Below are positions 26,601 through 40,769 of a stretch of DNA of 64,000 bases, piece by piece; positions within the stretch are counted from its first letter, which is position 1; each line of letters opens with the position of its first letter. The translations under genes were made by a program, and so were the position numbers. The notes under the pieces are model-generated. The model made no database searches, had not been told where the DNA came from, and saw nothing but the letters and a program-made list of their open reading frames with translations. Origin of the DNA: Utricularia gibba (lineage: Eukaryota > Plantae > Magnoliophyta). The DNA lies in assembly GCA_002189035.1 (NCBI GenBank), contig NEEC01000011.1:3360837-3424836 (forward strand), given 5' to 3'.

Positions 26601-29600
26601 CGACACACCGTTTCGAAGCTCATTCCAGAGCGGTCATCTTCCGTTTTTGAAGCTTCGTCGTCCGACGATGTATCAGAGCTCGAATTATTGCCTTATATTA
26701 GCCTTCAATTGTGCCACAAAGTGGCCACGACGTTCGCGATGATGCGACTCGGACTTCCGATTCGACGCAATGGATTTCTCGCTTGCAAAACATATGCATT
26801 TCATTGGAAGGTGTGAAATTTTTGTTTTTGAGGCGATCCCTTACAATGCCACGGTTGTGTTCCAACCCACACCTGATGCAGGCCTCGTGCACCATTCCGT
26901 ATTTTTCGATATCTTGAAAACCGTGATGAGCCACGTTGCACACGACACACCGTTTCGAAGCTCATTCCGAGGCGGTCATCTTCCGTTTTGAAGCTTCGTC
27001 GTCCGACGATGTATCAGAGCTCGAATTATTGCCTTATATTAGCCTTCAATTGTGCCACAAAGTGGCCACGACGTTCGCGATGATGCGACTCGGGACTTCC
27101 GATTCGACGCAAATGTGATTTTCGCTTGCAAAAATATGCATTTCATTGGAAGGTGTGAAATTTTTGTTTTGAGGCGATCCCTTACAATGCACGGTGTGTT
27201 TCCAACCCACACCTGATGCAGGCCTCGTGCACCATTCCGTATTTTGTCGATATCTTGAAAACCGTGATGAGCCGTTGCACACGACACACCGTTTCGAAGC
27301 TCATTCCAGAGCGGTCATCTTCCGTTTTTGAAGCTTCGTCGTCGACATGTATCAGAGCTCGAATTATTGCCTTATATTAGCCTTCAATTGTGCCACAAAG
27401 TGGCCACGACGTTCGCGATGATGCGACTCGGGGCTTCCGATTCGACGCGAATGTGGATTTCTCGCTTTCAAACATATGCATTTCATTGGAAGGTGTGAAA
27501 TTTTTGTTTTTGAGGCGATCCCTTACAATGCCACGGTTGTGTTCCAACCCACACCTGATGCAGGCCTCGTGCACCATTCCGTATTTTGTCGATATCTTGA
27601 AAACCGTGATGAGCCGTTGCGCACGACACACCGTTTCGAAGCTCATTCCAGGCGGTCATCTTCCGTTTTTGAAGCTTCGTCGTCCGACGATGTATCAGAG
27701 CTCGAATTATTGCCTTATATTACCTTCAATTGTGCCACAAAGTGGCCACGACGTTCGCGATGATGCGACCTCGGACTTCCGATTCGACGCGAATGGGTTT
27801 CTCGCTTCAAACATATGGATTTCATTGGAAGGTGTGAAATTTTTGTTTTGAGGCGATCCCTTACAATGCCACGGTTGTGTTCCAACCCACACCTGATGCA
27901 GGCCTCGTGCACCATTCCGTATTTTGTCGATATCTTGAAAACCGTGATGAGCCGTTGCACACGACACACCGTTTCGAAGCTCATTCCGAGCGGTCATCTT
28001 CCGTTTTGAAGCTTCGTCGTCCGACGATGTATCAGAGCTCGAATTATTGCCTTATATTAGCCTTCAATTGTGCCACAAAGTGGCCACGACGTTCGCGATG
28101 ATGCGACTCGGACTTCCGATTCGACGCGAATGGGTTTCTCGCATTCAAGAATATGCATTTCATTGGAAGGTGAAATTTTTTTTAGAGGCGAACCCTTACA
28201 ATGCCACGGTTGTGTTCCAACCCACACCTGATGCAGGCCTCGTGCACCATTCCGTATTTTGTAAATATCTTGAAAACCGTGATGAGCCTTGTTGCACACG
28301 ACACACCGTTTCGAAGCTCATTCCAGAGCGGTCATCTTCCGTTTTTGAAGCTTCGTCGTCCGACGATGTATCAGAGCTCGAATTATTGCCTTATATTAGC
28401 CTTCAATTGTGCCACAAAGTGGCCACGACGTACGCGATGATGCGACTCGGGGCTTCCAATTCGACGCAAATGTGATTTCTCGCTTGCAAAAGATATGCAT
28501 TTCATTGGAAGGTGTGAAATTTTTGTTTTGAGGCGATCCCTTACAATGCCGGTTGTGTTCCAACCCACACCTGATGCAGGCCTCGTGCACCATTCCGTAT
28601 TTTATCGATATCTTGAAACCGTGATGAGCCACGTTGCACACGACACACCGTTTCGAAGCTCATTCCAGGGCGGTCATCTTCCGTTTTGGAAGCTTCTCGT
28701 CCGACAATATATCAGAGCTCGAATTATTGCCTTATATTACCCTTCAATTGTGCCACAAAGTGGCCACGACGTTCGCGATGATGCGACCTCGGACTTTCGA
28801 TTCGACGCGAATGGGATTTCTCGCTTTCAAAACATATGGATTTCATTGGAAGGTGTGAAATTTTTGTTTTTGAGGCGATCCCTTACAATGCCACGGTTGT
28901 GTTCCAACCCACACCTGATGCAGGCCTCGTGCACCATTCCGTATTTTCGATATCTTGAAACGTGATGAGCCACGTTGCACACGACACACCGTTTCGAAGC
29001 TCATTCCAGGCGGTCATCTTCCGTTTTTGAAGCTTCGTCGTCCGACGATGTATCAGAGCTCGAATTATTGCCTTATATTAGCCTTCAATTGTGCCACAAA
29101 GTGGCCACGACGTTCGCGATGATGCGACTCGGGCTTCCAATTCGACGCAAATGTGATTTCTCGCTTGCAAAACATGCATTTCATTGGAAGGTGTGAAATT
29201 TTTGTTTTTGAGGCGATCCCTTACAATGCCACGGTTGTGTTCCAACCCACCTGATGCAGGCCTCGTGCACCATTCCGTATTTTATCGATATCTTGAAACC
29301 GTGATGAGCCACGTACACGAACACCCGTTTCGAAGCTCATTCCGAGGCGGTCATCTTCCGTTTTCAAGCTTTGTCGTTCGACAATATATCAGAGCTCGAA
29401 TTATTGCCTTATATTAGCCTTCAATTGTGCCACAAAGTGGCCACGACGTTCGCGATGATGCGACCGGACTTCGATTCGACGCGAATGGTTTTCTCGCTTC
29501 AAGACATATGGATTTCATTGGAAGGTATGAAATTTTTGTTTTAGAGGCGAACCCTTACAATGCCACGGTGTGTTCCAACCCACACCTGATGCAGGCCTCG

Positions 29601-29752
29601 TGCACCATTCCGTATTTTGTAAATATCTTGAAAACCGTGATGAGCCTTGTTGCACACGACACACCGTTTCGAAGCTCATTCCAGAGCGGTCATCTTCCGT
29701 TTTTGAAGCTTCGTCGTCCGACGATGTATCAGAGATCGAATTATTGCCTTAT

Positions 29753-32100
29753 ATTAGCCTTCAATTGTGCCACAAAGTGGCCACGACGTACGCGATGATG
29801 CGACTCGGGGCTTCCAATTCGACGCAAATGTGATTTCTCGCTTGCAAAAGATATGCATTTCATTGGAAGGTGTGAAATTTTTTTTTTGAGGCGATCCCTT
29901 ACAATGCACGGTTGTGTTCCAACCCACACCTGATGAAGGCCTCGTGCACCATTCCGTATTTTATCGATATCTTGAAAACCGTGATGAGCCACGTTTGCAC
30001 ACGACACACCGTGTCGAAGCTCATTCCGAGGCGGTCATCTTCCGTTTTGCAAGCTTTGTCGTTCGACGATGTATCAGAGCTCGAATTATTGCCTTATATA
30101 GCCTTCAATTGTGCCACAAAGTGGCCACGACGTTCGCGATGATGCGACCTCGGACTTCCGATTCGACGCGAATGGGTTTTCTCGCATTCAAGACATATGG
30201 ATTTCATTGGAAGGTATGAAATTTTTTTTTAGAGGCGAACCCTTACAATGCCACGAGTGTGTTCCAACCCACACCTGATGCAGGCCTCGTGCACCATTCC
30301 GTATTTTGTAAATATCTTGAAAACCGTGATGAGCCTTGTTGCAGACACACAAACTTTCATCATTCCAGAGCGGTCATCTTCCGTTTTTGAAGCTTCGTCG
30401 TCCGACGATGTATCAGAGATCGAATTATTGCCTTATATTAGCCTTCAATTGTGCCACAAAGTGGCCACGACGTACGCGATGATGCGACTCGGGGCTTCCA
30501 ATTAGACGCAAATGTGATTTCTCGCTTGCAAAAGTTATGCATTTCATTGGAAGGTGTGAAATTTTTGTTTTTGAGGCGATCCCTTACAATGGCACGGTTG
30601 TGTTCCAACCCACACCTGATGCAGGCCTCGTGCACCATTCCGTATTTTATCGATATCTTGAAACCGTGATGAGCCACGTAGCGTACGACACACGTTTAAA
30701 AGCTCATTCTAGGGCGGTCATCTTCCGTTTTGGAAGCTTCATTGTCCGACAATATATCAGAGCTGGAATTATTGCCTTATATTACCCTTCAATTGTGCCA
30801 AAAAAAGTGGCCACGACGTTCGCGATGATGCGACCGGGACTTCCGATTCGACGCGAATGGGATTTCTCGCTTTCAAAACATATGCATTTCATTGGAAGGT
30901 GTGAAATTTTTCGTTTTTGAGGCGATCCCTTACAATGCCACGGTTGTGTTCCAACCCACACTGATGAAGGCCTCGTGCACCATTCCGTATTTTCTCGATA
31001 TCTTGAATACCGTGATGAGCCTTGTTGCACACGACACCGTTTCGAAGCTCATTCCAGAGCGGTCATCTTCCGTTTTTGAAGCTTCGTCGTCCGACGATGT
31101 ATCAGAGATCGAATTATTGCCTTATATTAGCCTTCAATTGTGCCACAAAGTGGCCACGACGTACGCGATGATGCGACTCGGGGCTTCCAATTCGACGCAA
31201 ATGTGATTTCTCGCTTGCAAAAGATATGCATTTCATTGGAAGGTGTGAAATTTTTGTTTTGAGGCGATCCCTTACAATGCCACGGTTGTGTTCCAACCCA
31301 CACCTGATGAAGGCCTCGTGCACCATTCCGTATTTTATCGATATCTTGAAAACCGTGATGAGCCACGTTGCACACGACACACCGTGTCGAAGCTCATTCC
31401 GAGGCGGTCATCTTCCGTTTTGCAAGCTTTGTCGTTCGACGATGTATCAGAGCTCGAATTATTGCCTTATATTAGCCTTCAATTGTGCCACAAGTGGCCA
31501 CGACGTTCGCGATGATGCGACCTCGGACTTCCGATTCGACGCGAATGGGTTTTCTCGCATTCAAGACATATGGATTTCATTGGAAGGTATGAAATTTTTG
31601 TTTTAGAGGCGAACCCTTACAATGCCACGGTTGTGTTCCAACCCACACCTGATGCAGGCCTCGTGCACCATTCCGTATTTTGTAAATATCTTGAAAACCG
31701 TGATGAGCACACACACGACACACCGTTTCGAAGCTCATTCTAGAGCGGTCATCTTCCGTTTTTGAAGCTTCGTCGTCCGACGATGTATTAGAGCTCGAAT
31801 AATTTCCTTATATTACCCTTCAATTGTGCCACAAAGTTGCCACACGACGTTCGCGATGATGCGACTCGGGGCTTCCAATTCGACGCAAATGTGATTTCTC
31901 GCTTGCAAAACACATGCATTTCATTGGAAGGTGTGAAATTTTCGTTTTAGAGGCGATCCTTACAATGCCACGGTTGTGTCCAACCCACACCTGATGTAGG
32001 CCTCGTGCACCATTCCGTATTTTATCGATATCTTGAAAACCGTGATGAGCCACGTTTCACACGACACACCGTTTCGAAGCTCATTCCAGGGCGGTCATCT
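29753..32100 (+). repeat. Seven-monomer block, copy 1 (Y2-X-Y*-Z/X-Y2-X'-W)
   Basis: Monomer starts are 29753, ~30097, 30437, 30781, 31126, 31471 and 31812. Private alleles are ccgtgtcgaa, gccacgagtg, attagacgca, aaagttatgc, cacgtagcgtacg, gaataccg, cattctagag, gatgtattag and tgatgtagg. Confidence 0.8.
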
Positions 32101-35100
32101 TCTGTTTTTGAAGCTTCGTCGTTCGACAATATATCAGAGCTCGAATAATTTCCTTCTATTACCCTTCAATTGTGCCACAAAGTGGCCACGACGTTCGCGA
32201 TGATGCGACCTCGGACTTCCGATTCGACGCGAATTGGATTTCTCGCTTTCAAAACATATGCATTTCATTGGAAGGTGTGAAATTTTCGTTTTAGAGGCGA
32301 TCCCTTACAATGCCACGAGTGTGTTCCAACCCACACCTGATGCAGGCCTCGTGCACCATTCCGTATTTTGTAAATATCTTGAAAACCGTGATGAGCCTTG
32401 TTGCACACGACACACCGTTTCGAAGCTCATTCCAGAGCGGTCATCTTCCGTTTTTGAAGCTTCGTCGTCCGACGATGTATCAGAGATCGAATTATTGCCT
32501 TATATTAGCCTTCAATTGTGCCACAAAGTGGCCACGACGTACGCGATGATGCGACTCGGCTTCCAATTCGACGCAAATGTGATTTCTCGCTTGCAAAAGA
32601 TATGCATTTCATTGGAAGGTGTGAAATTTTTGTTTTTGAGGCGATCCCTTACAATGGCACGGTTGTGTTCCAACCCACACCTGATGCAGGCCTCGTGCAC
32701 CATTCCGTATTTTATCGATATCTTGAAACCGTGATGAGCCACGTTGACACACCACCGCCGTTTCGAAGCTCATTCCGAGGCAGTCATCTTCCGTTTCGCA
32801 AGCTTTGTCGTTCGACAATATATCAGAGCTCGAATTATTGCCTTATATTAGCCTTCAATTGTGCCACAAAGTGGCCACGACGTTCGCGATGATGCGACCT
32901 CGGACTTCCGATTCGACGCGAATGGGTTTTCTCGCATTCAAGACATATGGATTTCATTGGAAGGTGTGAAATTTTTGTTTTAGAGGCGAACCCTTACAAT
33001 GCCACGAGTGTGTTCCAACCCACACCTGATGCAGGCCTCGTGCACCATTCCGTATTTTGTAATATCTTGAAACCGTGATGAGCCTTGTTGCACACGACAC
33101 ACCGTTCGAGCTCATTCCAGAGCGGTCATCTTCCGTTTTTGAAGCTTCGTCGTCCGACGATGTATCAGAGCTCGAATTATTGCCTTATATTAGCCTTCAA
33201 TTGTGCCACAAAGTGGCCACGACGTACGCGATGATGCGACTCGGGGCTTCCAATTCGACGCAAATGTGATTTCTCGCTTGCAAAACACATGAATTTCATT
33301 GGAAGGTGTGAAATTTTCGTTTTAGAGGCGATCCCTTACAATGCCACGAGTGTGTTCCAACCCACACCTGATGCAGGCCTCGTGCACCATTCTGTATTTT
33401 GTAAATATCTTGAAAACGTGATGAGCCTTGTTGCACGCACGTTTCGAAGCTCATTCCAGGGCGGTCATCTTCTGTTTTTGAAGCTTCGTCGTCCGACAAT
33501 ATATCAGACCTCGAATTATTGCCTTATATTACCCTTCAATTGTGCCACAAAGTGGCCACGACGTTCGCGATGATGCGACTCGGGGCTTCCAATTCGACGC
33601 AAATGTGATTTCTCGCTTGCAAAACATGCATTTCATTGGAAGGTGTGAAATTTTTGTTTTTGAGGCGATCCCTTACAATGGCACGGTTGTGTTCCAACCC
33701 ACACCTGATGCAGGCCTCGTGCACCATTCCGTATTTTATCGATATCTTGAAAACCGTGATGAGCCACGTTTCACACGACACACCGTTCGAAGCTCATTCC
33801 GAGGCGGTCATCTTCCGTTTTGCAAGCTTTGTCGTTCGACGATGTATCAGAGCTCGAATTATTGCCTTATATTAGCCTTCAATTGTGCCACAAAGTGGCC
33901 ACGACGTTCGCGATGATGCGACCTCGGACTTCCGATTCGACGCGAATGGGTTTTCTCGCATTCAAGACATATGGATTTCATTGGAAGGTATGAAATTTTG
34001 TTTTTAGAGGCGAACCCTTACAATGCCACGAGTGTGTTCCAACCCACACCTGATGCAGGCCTCGTGCACCATTCCGTATTTTGTAAATATCTTGAAAACC
34101 GTGATGAGCCTTGTTGCACACGACACACCGTTTCGAAGCTCATTCCAGAGCGGTCATCTTCCGTTTTTGAAGCTTCGTCGTCCGACGATGTATCAGAGCT
34201 CGAATTATTGCCTTATATTAGCCTTCAATTGTGCCACAAAGTGGCCACGACGTACGCGATGATGCGACTCGGGGCTTCCAATTCGACGCAAATGTGATTT
34301 CTCGCTTTCAAAACATATGCATTTCATTGGAAGGTGTGAAATTTTTCGTTTTTGAGGCGATCCCTTACAATGCCACGGTTGTGTACCAACCCACACCTGA
34401 TGAAGGCCTCGTGCACCATTCCGTATTTTCTCGATATCTTGAATACCGTGATGAGCCACGTTGCGCACGACACACCCGTTTCGAAGCTCATTTTGAGGCA
34501 GTCATCTTCCGTTTTGGAAGCTTCGTCGTCCGACGATGTATTAGAGCTCGAATTATTGCCTTATATTACCCTTCAATTGTGCCAAAGTGGCCACGCGTGC
34601 GCGACGACTCGGACTTCCGATTCGACGCGAATGGGTTTTCTCGCATTCAAGACATATGGATTTCATTGGAAGGTATGAAATTCTTGTTTTAGAGGCGAAC
34701 CCTTACAATGCCACGAGTGTGTTCCAACCCACACCTGATGCAGGCCTCGTGCACCATTCCGTATTTTGTAAATATCTTGAAAACCGTGATGAGCCTTGTT
34801 GCACACGACACACCGTTTCGAAGCTCATTCCAGAGCGGTCATCTTCCGTTTTGAAGCTTCGTCGTCCGACGATGTATCAGAGCTCGAATTATTGCCTTAT
34901 ATTACCCTTCAATTGTGCCACAAAGTGGCCACGACGTTCGCGATGATGCGACCTCGGACTTCCGATTCGACGCGAAATGGGTTTTCTCGCATTCAAGACA
35001 TATGGATTTCATTGGAAGGTATGAAATTTTTGTTTAAGAGGCGAACCCTTACAATGCCACGGTTGTGTTCCAACCCACACCTGATGCAGGCCTCGTGCAC

Positions 35101-36624
35101 CATTCCGTATTTTGCAAATATCTTGAAAACCGTGATGAGCCTTGTTGCACACTTTCGCCAAAGCTCATTCCAGAGCGGTCATCTTCCGTTTTTGAAGCTT
35201 CGTCGTCCGACGATGTATCAGAGATCGAATTATTGCCTTATATTAGCCTTCAATTGTGCCACAAAGTGGCCACGACGTACGCGATGATGCGACTCGGGGC
35301 TTCCAATTAGACGCAAATGTGATTTTCTCGCTTGCAAAAGTTATGCATTTCATTGGAAGGTGTGAAATTTTTGTTTTTGAGGCGATCCCTTACAATGGCA
35401 CGGTTGTGTTCCAACCCACACCTGATGCAGGCCTCGTGCACCATTCCGTATTTTATCGATATCTTGAAAACCGTGATGAGCCACGTAGCGTACGACACAC
35501 TGTTTAAAGCTCATTCTAGGGCGGTCATCTTCCGTTTTGGAAGCTTCATTGTCCGACAATATATCAGAGCTGGAATTATTGCCTTATATTACCCTTCAAT
35601 TGTGCCAAAAAGTGGCCACGACGTTCGCGATGATGCGACCTCGGACTTCCGATTCGACGCGAATGGGATTTCTCGCTTTCAAAACATATGGATTTCATTG
35701 GAAGGTGTGAAATTTTTCGTTTTTGAGGCGATCCCTTACAATGCCACGGTTGTGTTCCAACCCACACTGATGAAGGCCTCGTGCACCATTCCGTATTTTC
35801 TCGATATCTTGAATACCGTGATGAGCCACGTTGCGCACGACACACCGTTTCGAAGCTCATTCCAGGGCGGTCATCTTCCGTTTTTGAAGCTTCGTCGTCC
35901 GACAATATATCAGAGCTCGAATAATTTCCTTATATTACCCTTCAATTGTGCCACAAAGATGCCACGACGTTCGCGATGATGCGACTCGGGGCTTCCAATT
36001 CGACGCAAATGTGATTTCTCGCTTGCAAAACATATGCATTTCATTGGAAGGTGTGAAATTTTTGTTTTTGAGGCGATCCCTTACAATGCCACGGTTGTGT
36101 TCCAACCCACACCTGATGAGGCCTCGTGCACCATTCCGTATTTTATCGATATCTTGAAAACCGTGATGAGCCACGTTTGACACGACACACCGTTCGAAGC
36201 TCATTCCGAGGCGGTCATCTTCCGTTTTGCAAGCTTTGTCGTTCGACGATGTATCAGAGCTCGAATTATTGCCTTATATTAGCCTTCAATTGTGCCACAA
36301 AGTGGCCACGACGTTCGCGATGATGCGACCTCGGACTTCCGATTCGACGCGAATGGGTTTTCTCGCATTCAAGACATATGGATTTCATTGGAAGGTATGA
36401 AATTTTTGTTTTAGAGGCGAACCCTTACAATGCCACGTGTGTTCCAACCCACACCTGATGCAGGCCTCGTGCACCATTCCGTATTTTCTCGATATCTTGA
36501 ATACCGTGATGAGCCTTGTTGCACACGACACACCACCGTTTCGAAGCTCATTCCAGAGCGGTCATCTTCCGTTTTTGAAGCTTCGTCGTCCGACGATGTA
36601 TCAGAGATCGAATTATTGCCTTAT

Positions 36625-38990
36625 ATTAGCCTTCAATTGTGCCACAAAGTGGCCACGACGTACGCGATGATGCGACTCGGGGCTTCCAATTCGACGCAAA
36701 TGTGATTTCTCGCTTGCAAAAGATATGCATTTCATTGGAAGGTGTGAAATTTTTGTTTTTGAGGCGATCCCTTACAATGCCACGGTTGTGTTCCAACCCA
36801 CACCTGATGAAGGCCTCGTGCACCATTCCGTATTTTATCGATATCTTGAAAACCGTGATGAGCCACGTTTGACACGACACACCGTGTCGAAGCTCATTCC
36901 GAGGCGGTCATCTTCTGTTTTGCGCTTTGTCGTTCGACGATGTATCAGAGCTCGAATTATTGCCTTATATTAGCCTTCAATTGTGCCACAAAGTGGCCAC
37001 GACGTTCGCATGATGCGACCTCGGACTTCCGATTCGACGCGAATGGGTTTCTCGCATTCAAGACATATGGATTTCATTGGAAGGTATGAAATTTTTGTTT
37101 TAGAGGCGAACCCTTACAATGCCACGAGTGTGTTCCAACCCACACCTGATGCAGGCCTCGTGCACCATTCCGTATTTTGTAAATATCTTGAAAACCGTGA
37201 TGAGCCTTGTTGCACACGACACACACACCGTTTCGAAGCTCATTCCAGAGCGGTCATCTTCCGTTTTTGAAGCTTCGTCGTCCGACGATGTATCAGAGAT
37301 CGAATTATTGCCTTATATTAGCCTTCAATTGTGCACAAAGTGGCCACGACGTACGCGATGATGCGACTCGGGGCTTCCAATTAGACGCAAATGTGATTTC
37401 TCGCTTGCAAAAGTTATGCATTTCATTGGAAGGTGTGAAATTTTTGTTTTTGAGGCGATCCCTTACAATGGCACGGTTGTGTTCCAACCCATGCAGGCAT
37501 GCACCTTCCGTATTTTATCGATATCTTGAAACCGTGATGAGCCACGTAGCGTACGACACACTGTTTAAAAAGCTCATTCTAGGGCGGTCATCTTCCGTTT
37601 TGGAAGCTTCATTGTCCGACAATATATCAGAGCTGGAATTATTGCCTTATATTACCCTTCAATTGTGCCAAAAGTGGCCACGACGTTCGCGATGATGATG
37701 CGACCTCGGACTTCCGATTCGACGCGAATGGGATTTCTCGCTTTCAAAACATATGCATTTCATTGGAAGGTGTGAAATTTTTCGTTTTTGAGGCGATCCC
37801 TTACAATGCCACGGTTGTGTTCCAACCCACATCTGATGAAGGCCTCGTGCACCATTCCGTATTTTCTCGATATCTTGAATACCGTGATGAGCCTTGTTGC
37901 ACACGACACACCGTTTCGAAGCTCATTCCAGAGCGGTCATCTTCCGTTTTTGAAGCTTCGTCGTCCGACGATGTATCAGAGATCGAATTATTGCCTTATA
38001 TTAGCCTTCAATTGTGCCACAAAGTGGCCACGACGTACGCGATGATGCGACTCGGGGCTTCCAATTCGACGCAAATGTGATTTCTCGCTTGCAAAAGATA
38101 TGCATTTCATTGGAAGGTGTGAAATTTTTGTTTTTGAGGGCGATCCCTTACAATGCCACGGTTGTGTTCCAACCCACACCTGATGAAGGCCTCGTGCACC
38201 ATTCCGTATTTTATCGATATCTTGAAAACCGTGATGAGCCACGTTTGACACGACACACCGTGTCGAAGCTCATTCCGAGGCGGTCATCTTCCGTTTTGCA
38301 AGCTTTGTCGTTCGACGATGTATCAGAGCTCGAATTATTGCCTTATATTAGCCTTCAATTGTGCCACAAAGTGCCACGACGTTCGCGATGATGCCTCGGA
38401 CTTTCCGATTCGACGCGAATGGGTTTTCTCGCATTCAAGACATATGGATTTCATTGGAAGGTATGAAATTTTTGTTTTAGAGGCGAACCCTTACAATGCC
38501 ACGGTTGTGTTCCAACCCACACCTGATGCAGGCCTCGTGCACCATTCCCGTATTTTGTAATATCTTGAAAACCGTGATGAGCCTTGTTGCACACGACACA
38601 CACGCACCGTTTCGAAGCTCATTCTAGAGCGGTCATCTTCCGTTTTTGAAGCTTCGTCGTCCGACGATGTATTAGAGCTCGAATAATTTCCTTATATTAC
38701 CTTCAATTGTGCCACAAAGTGCCACGACGTTCGCGATGATGCGACTCGGGGCTTCCAATTCGACGCAAATGTGATTTCTCGCTTGCAAAACACATGCATT
38801 TCATTGGAAGGTGTGAAATTTTTGTTTTAGAGGCGATCCCTTACAATGCCACGGTTGTGTTCCAACCCACACCTGATGTAGGCCTCGTGCACCATTCCGT
38901 ATTTTATCGATATCTTGAAAACCGTGATGAGCCACGTTTCACACGACACACCGTTTCGAAGCTCATTCCGAGGCGGTCATCTTCCGTTTT
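36625..38990 (+). repeat. Seven-monomer block, copy 2
   Basis: Monomer starts are 36625, 36969, 37317, 37651, 38000, 38347 and 38696. The same private alleles occur in the same order, offset ~6.87-6.88 kb (20 monomers) from copy 1. Confidence 0.8.
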
Positions 38991-40769
38991 CAAGCTTTGT
39001 CATTCGACAATATATCAGAGCTCGAATTATTGCCTTATTTAGCCTTCAATTGTGCCACAAAAACGACGTTCGCGATGATGCGACCTCGGACTTCCGATTC
39101 GACGCGAATGTTTTCTCGCATTCAAACATATGGATTTCATTGGAAGGTATGAAATTTTTGTTTAGAGGCGAACCCTTACAATGCCACGGTGTGTTCCAAC
39201 CCACACCTGATGCAGGCCTCGTGCACCATTCCGTATTTTGTAAATATCTTGAAAACCGTGATGAGCCTTGTTGCACACGACACACCGTTTCGAAGCTCAT
39301 TCCAGAGCGGTCATCTTCCGTTTTTGAAGCTTCGTCGTCCGACGATGTATCAGAGCTCGAATTATTGCCTTATATTAGCCTTCAATTGTGCCACAAAGTG
39401 GCCACGACGTTACGCGATGATGCGACTCGGGGCTTCCAATTCGACGCAAATGTGATTTCTCGCTTGCAAAACATATGCATTTCATTGGAAGGTGTGAAAT
39501 TTTTGTTTTTGAGGCGATCCCTTACAATGCCACGGTTGTGTTCCAACCCACACCTGATGCAGGCCTCGTGCACCATTCCGTATTTTATCGATATCTTGAA
39601 AACCGTGATGAGCCACGTTTGCACACGACACACCGTTTCGAAGCTCATTCCAGGCGGTCATCTTCCGTTTTGGAAGCTTTCGTCCGACGATGTATCAGAG
39701 CTCGAATTATTGCCTTATATTAGCCTTCAATTGTGCCACAAAGTGGCCACGACGTTCGCGATGATGCGACCTCGGACTTCCGATTCGACGCGAATGGATT
39801 TCTCGCTTCAAACATATGATTTCATTGGAAGGTGTGAAATTTTTGTTTTAGAGGCGAACCCTTACAATGCACGGTGTGTTCCAACCCACACCTGATGCAG
39901 GCCTCGTGCACCATTCCGTATTTTGTCGATATCTTGAAAACCGTGATGAGCCGTTGCACACGACACACCGTTTCGAAGCTCATTCCAGAGCGGTCATCTT
40001 CCGTTTTTGAAGCTTCGTCGTCCGACGATGTATCAGAGCTCGAATTATTGCCTTATATTAGCCTTCAATTGTGCCACAAAGTGGCCACGACGTTCGCGAT
40101 GATGCGACTCGGGGCTTCCGATTCGACGCGAATGGATTTCTCGCTTTCAAAAACATATGCATTTCATTGGAAGGTGTGAAATTTTTCGTTTTTGAGGCGA
40201 TCCCTTACAATGCCACGGTTGTGTTCCAACCCACACCTGATGAAGGCCTCGTGCACCATTCCGTATTTTGTCGATATCTTGAAACCGTGATGAGCCACGT
40301 TGCGCACGACACACCGTTTCGAAGCTCATTCCGGCGGTCATCTTCCGTTTTGAAGCTTCGTCGTCCGACAATGTATCAGAGCTCGAATTATTGCCTTATA
40401 TTACCCTTCAATTGTGCCACAAAGTGGCCACGACGTTCGCGATGATGCGACTCGGACTTCCGATTCGACGCGAATGGATTTCTCGCTTCAAACATATGGA
40501 TTTCATTGGAAGGTGTGAAATTTTCGGTTAGAGGCGATCCCTTACAATGCCACGGTGTGTTCCAACCCACACCTGATGCAGGCCTCGTGCACCATTCCGT
40601 ATTTTATATCTTGAAAACCGTGATGAGCCTTTGCCACGACACACCGTTTCGAAGCTCATTCCGAGGCGGTCATCTTCCGTTTTGAAGCTTCGTCGTCCGA
40701 CGATGTATCAGAGCTCGAATTATTGCCTTATATTACCTTCAATTGTGCCACAAAGTGGCCACGACGTCG

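Noticed and set aside
38915-39895. Longest ORF (326 aa)
   Set aside because: It is a chance concatenation of the three monomer frames through 1-bp indels. The peptide blocks repeat internally, and it would probably break in corrected sequence.
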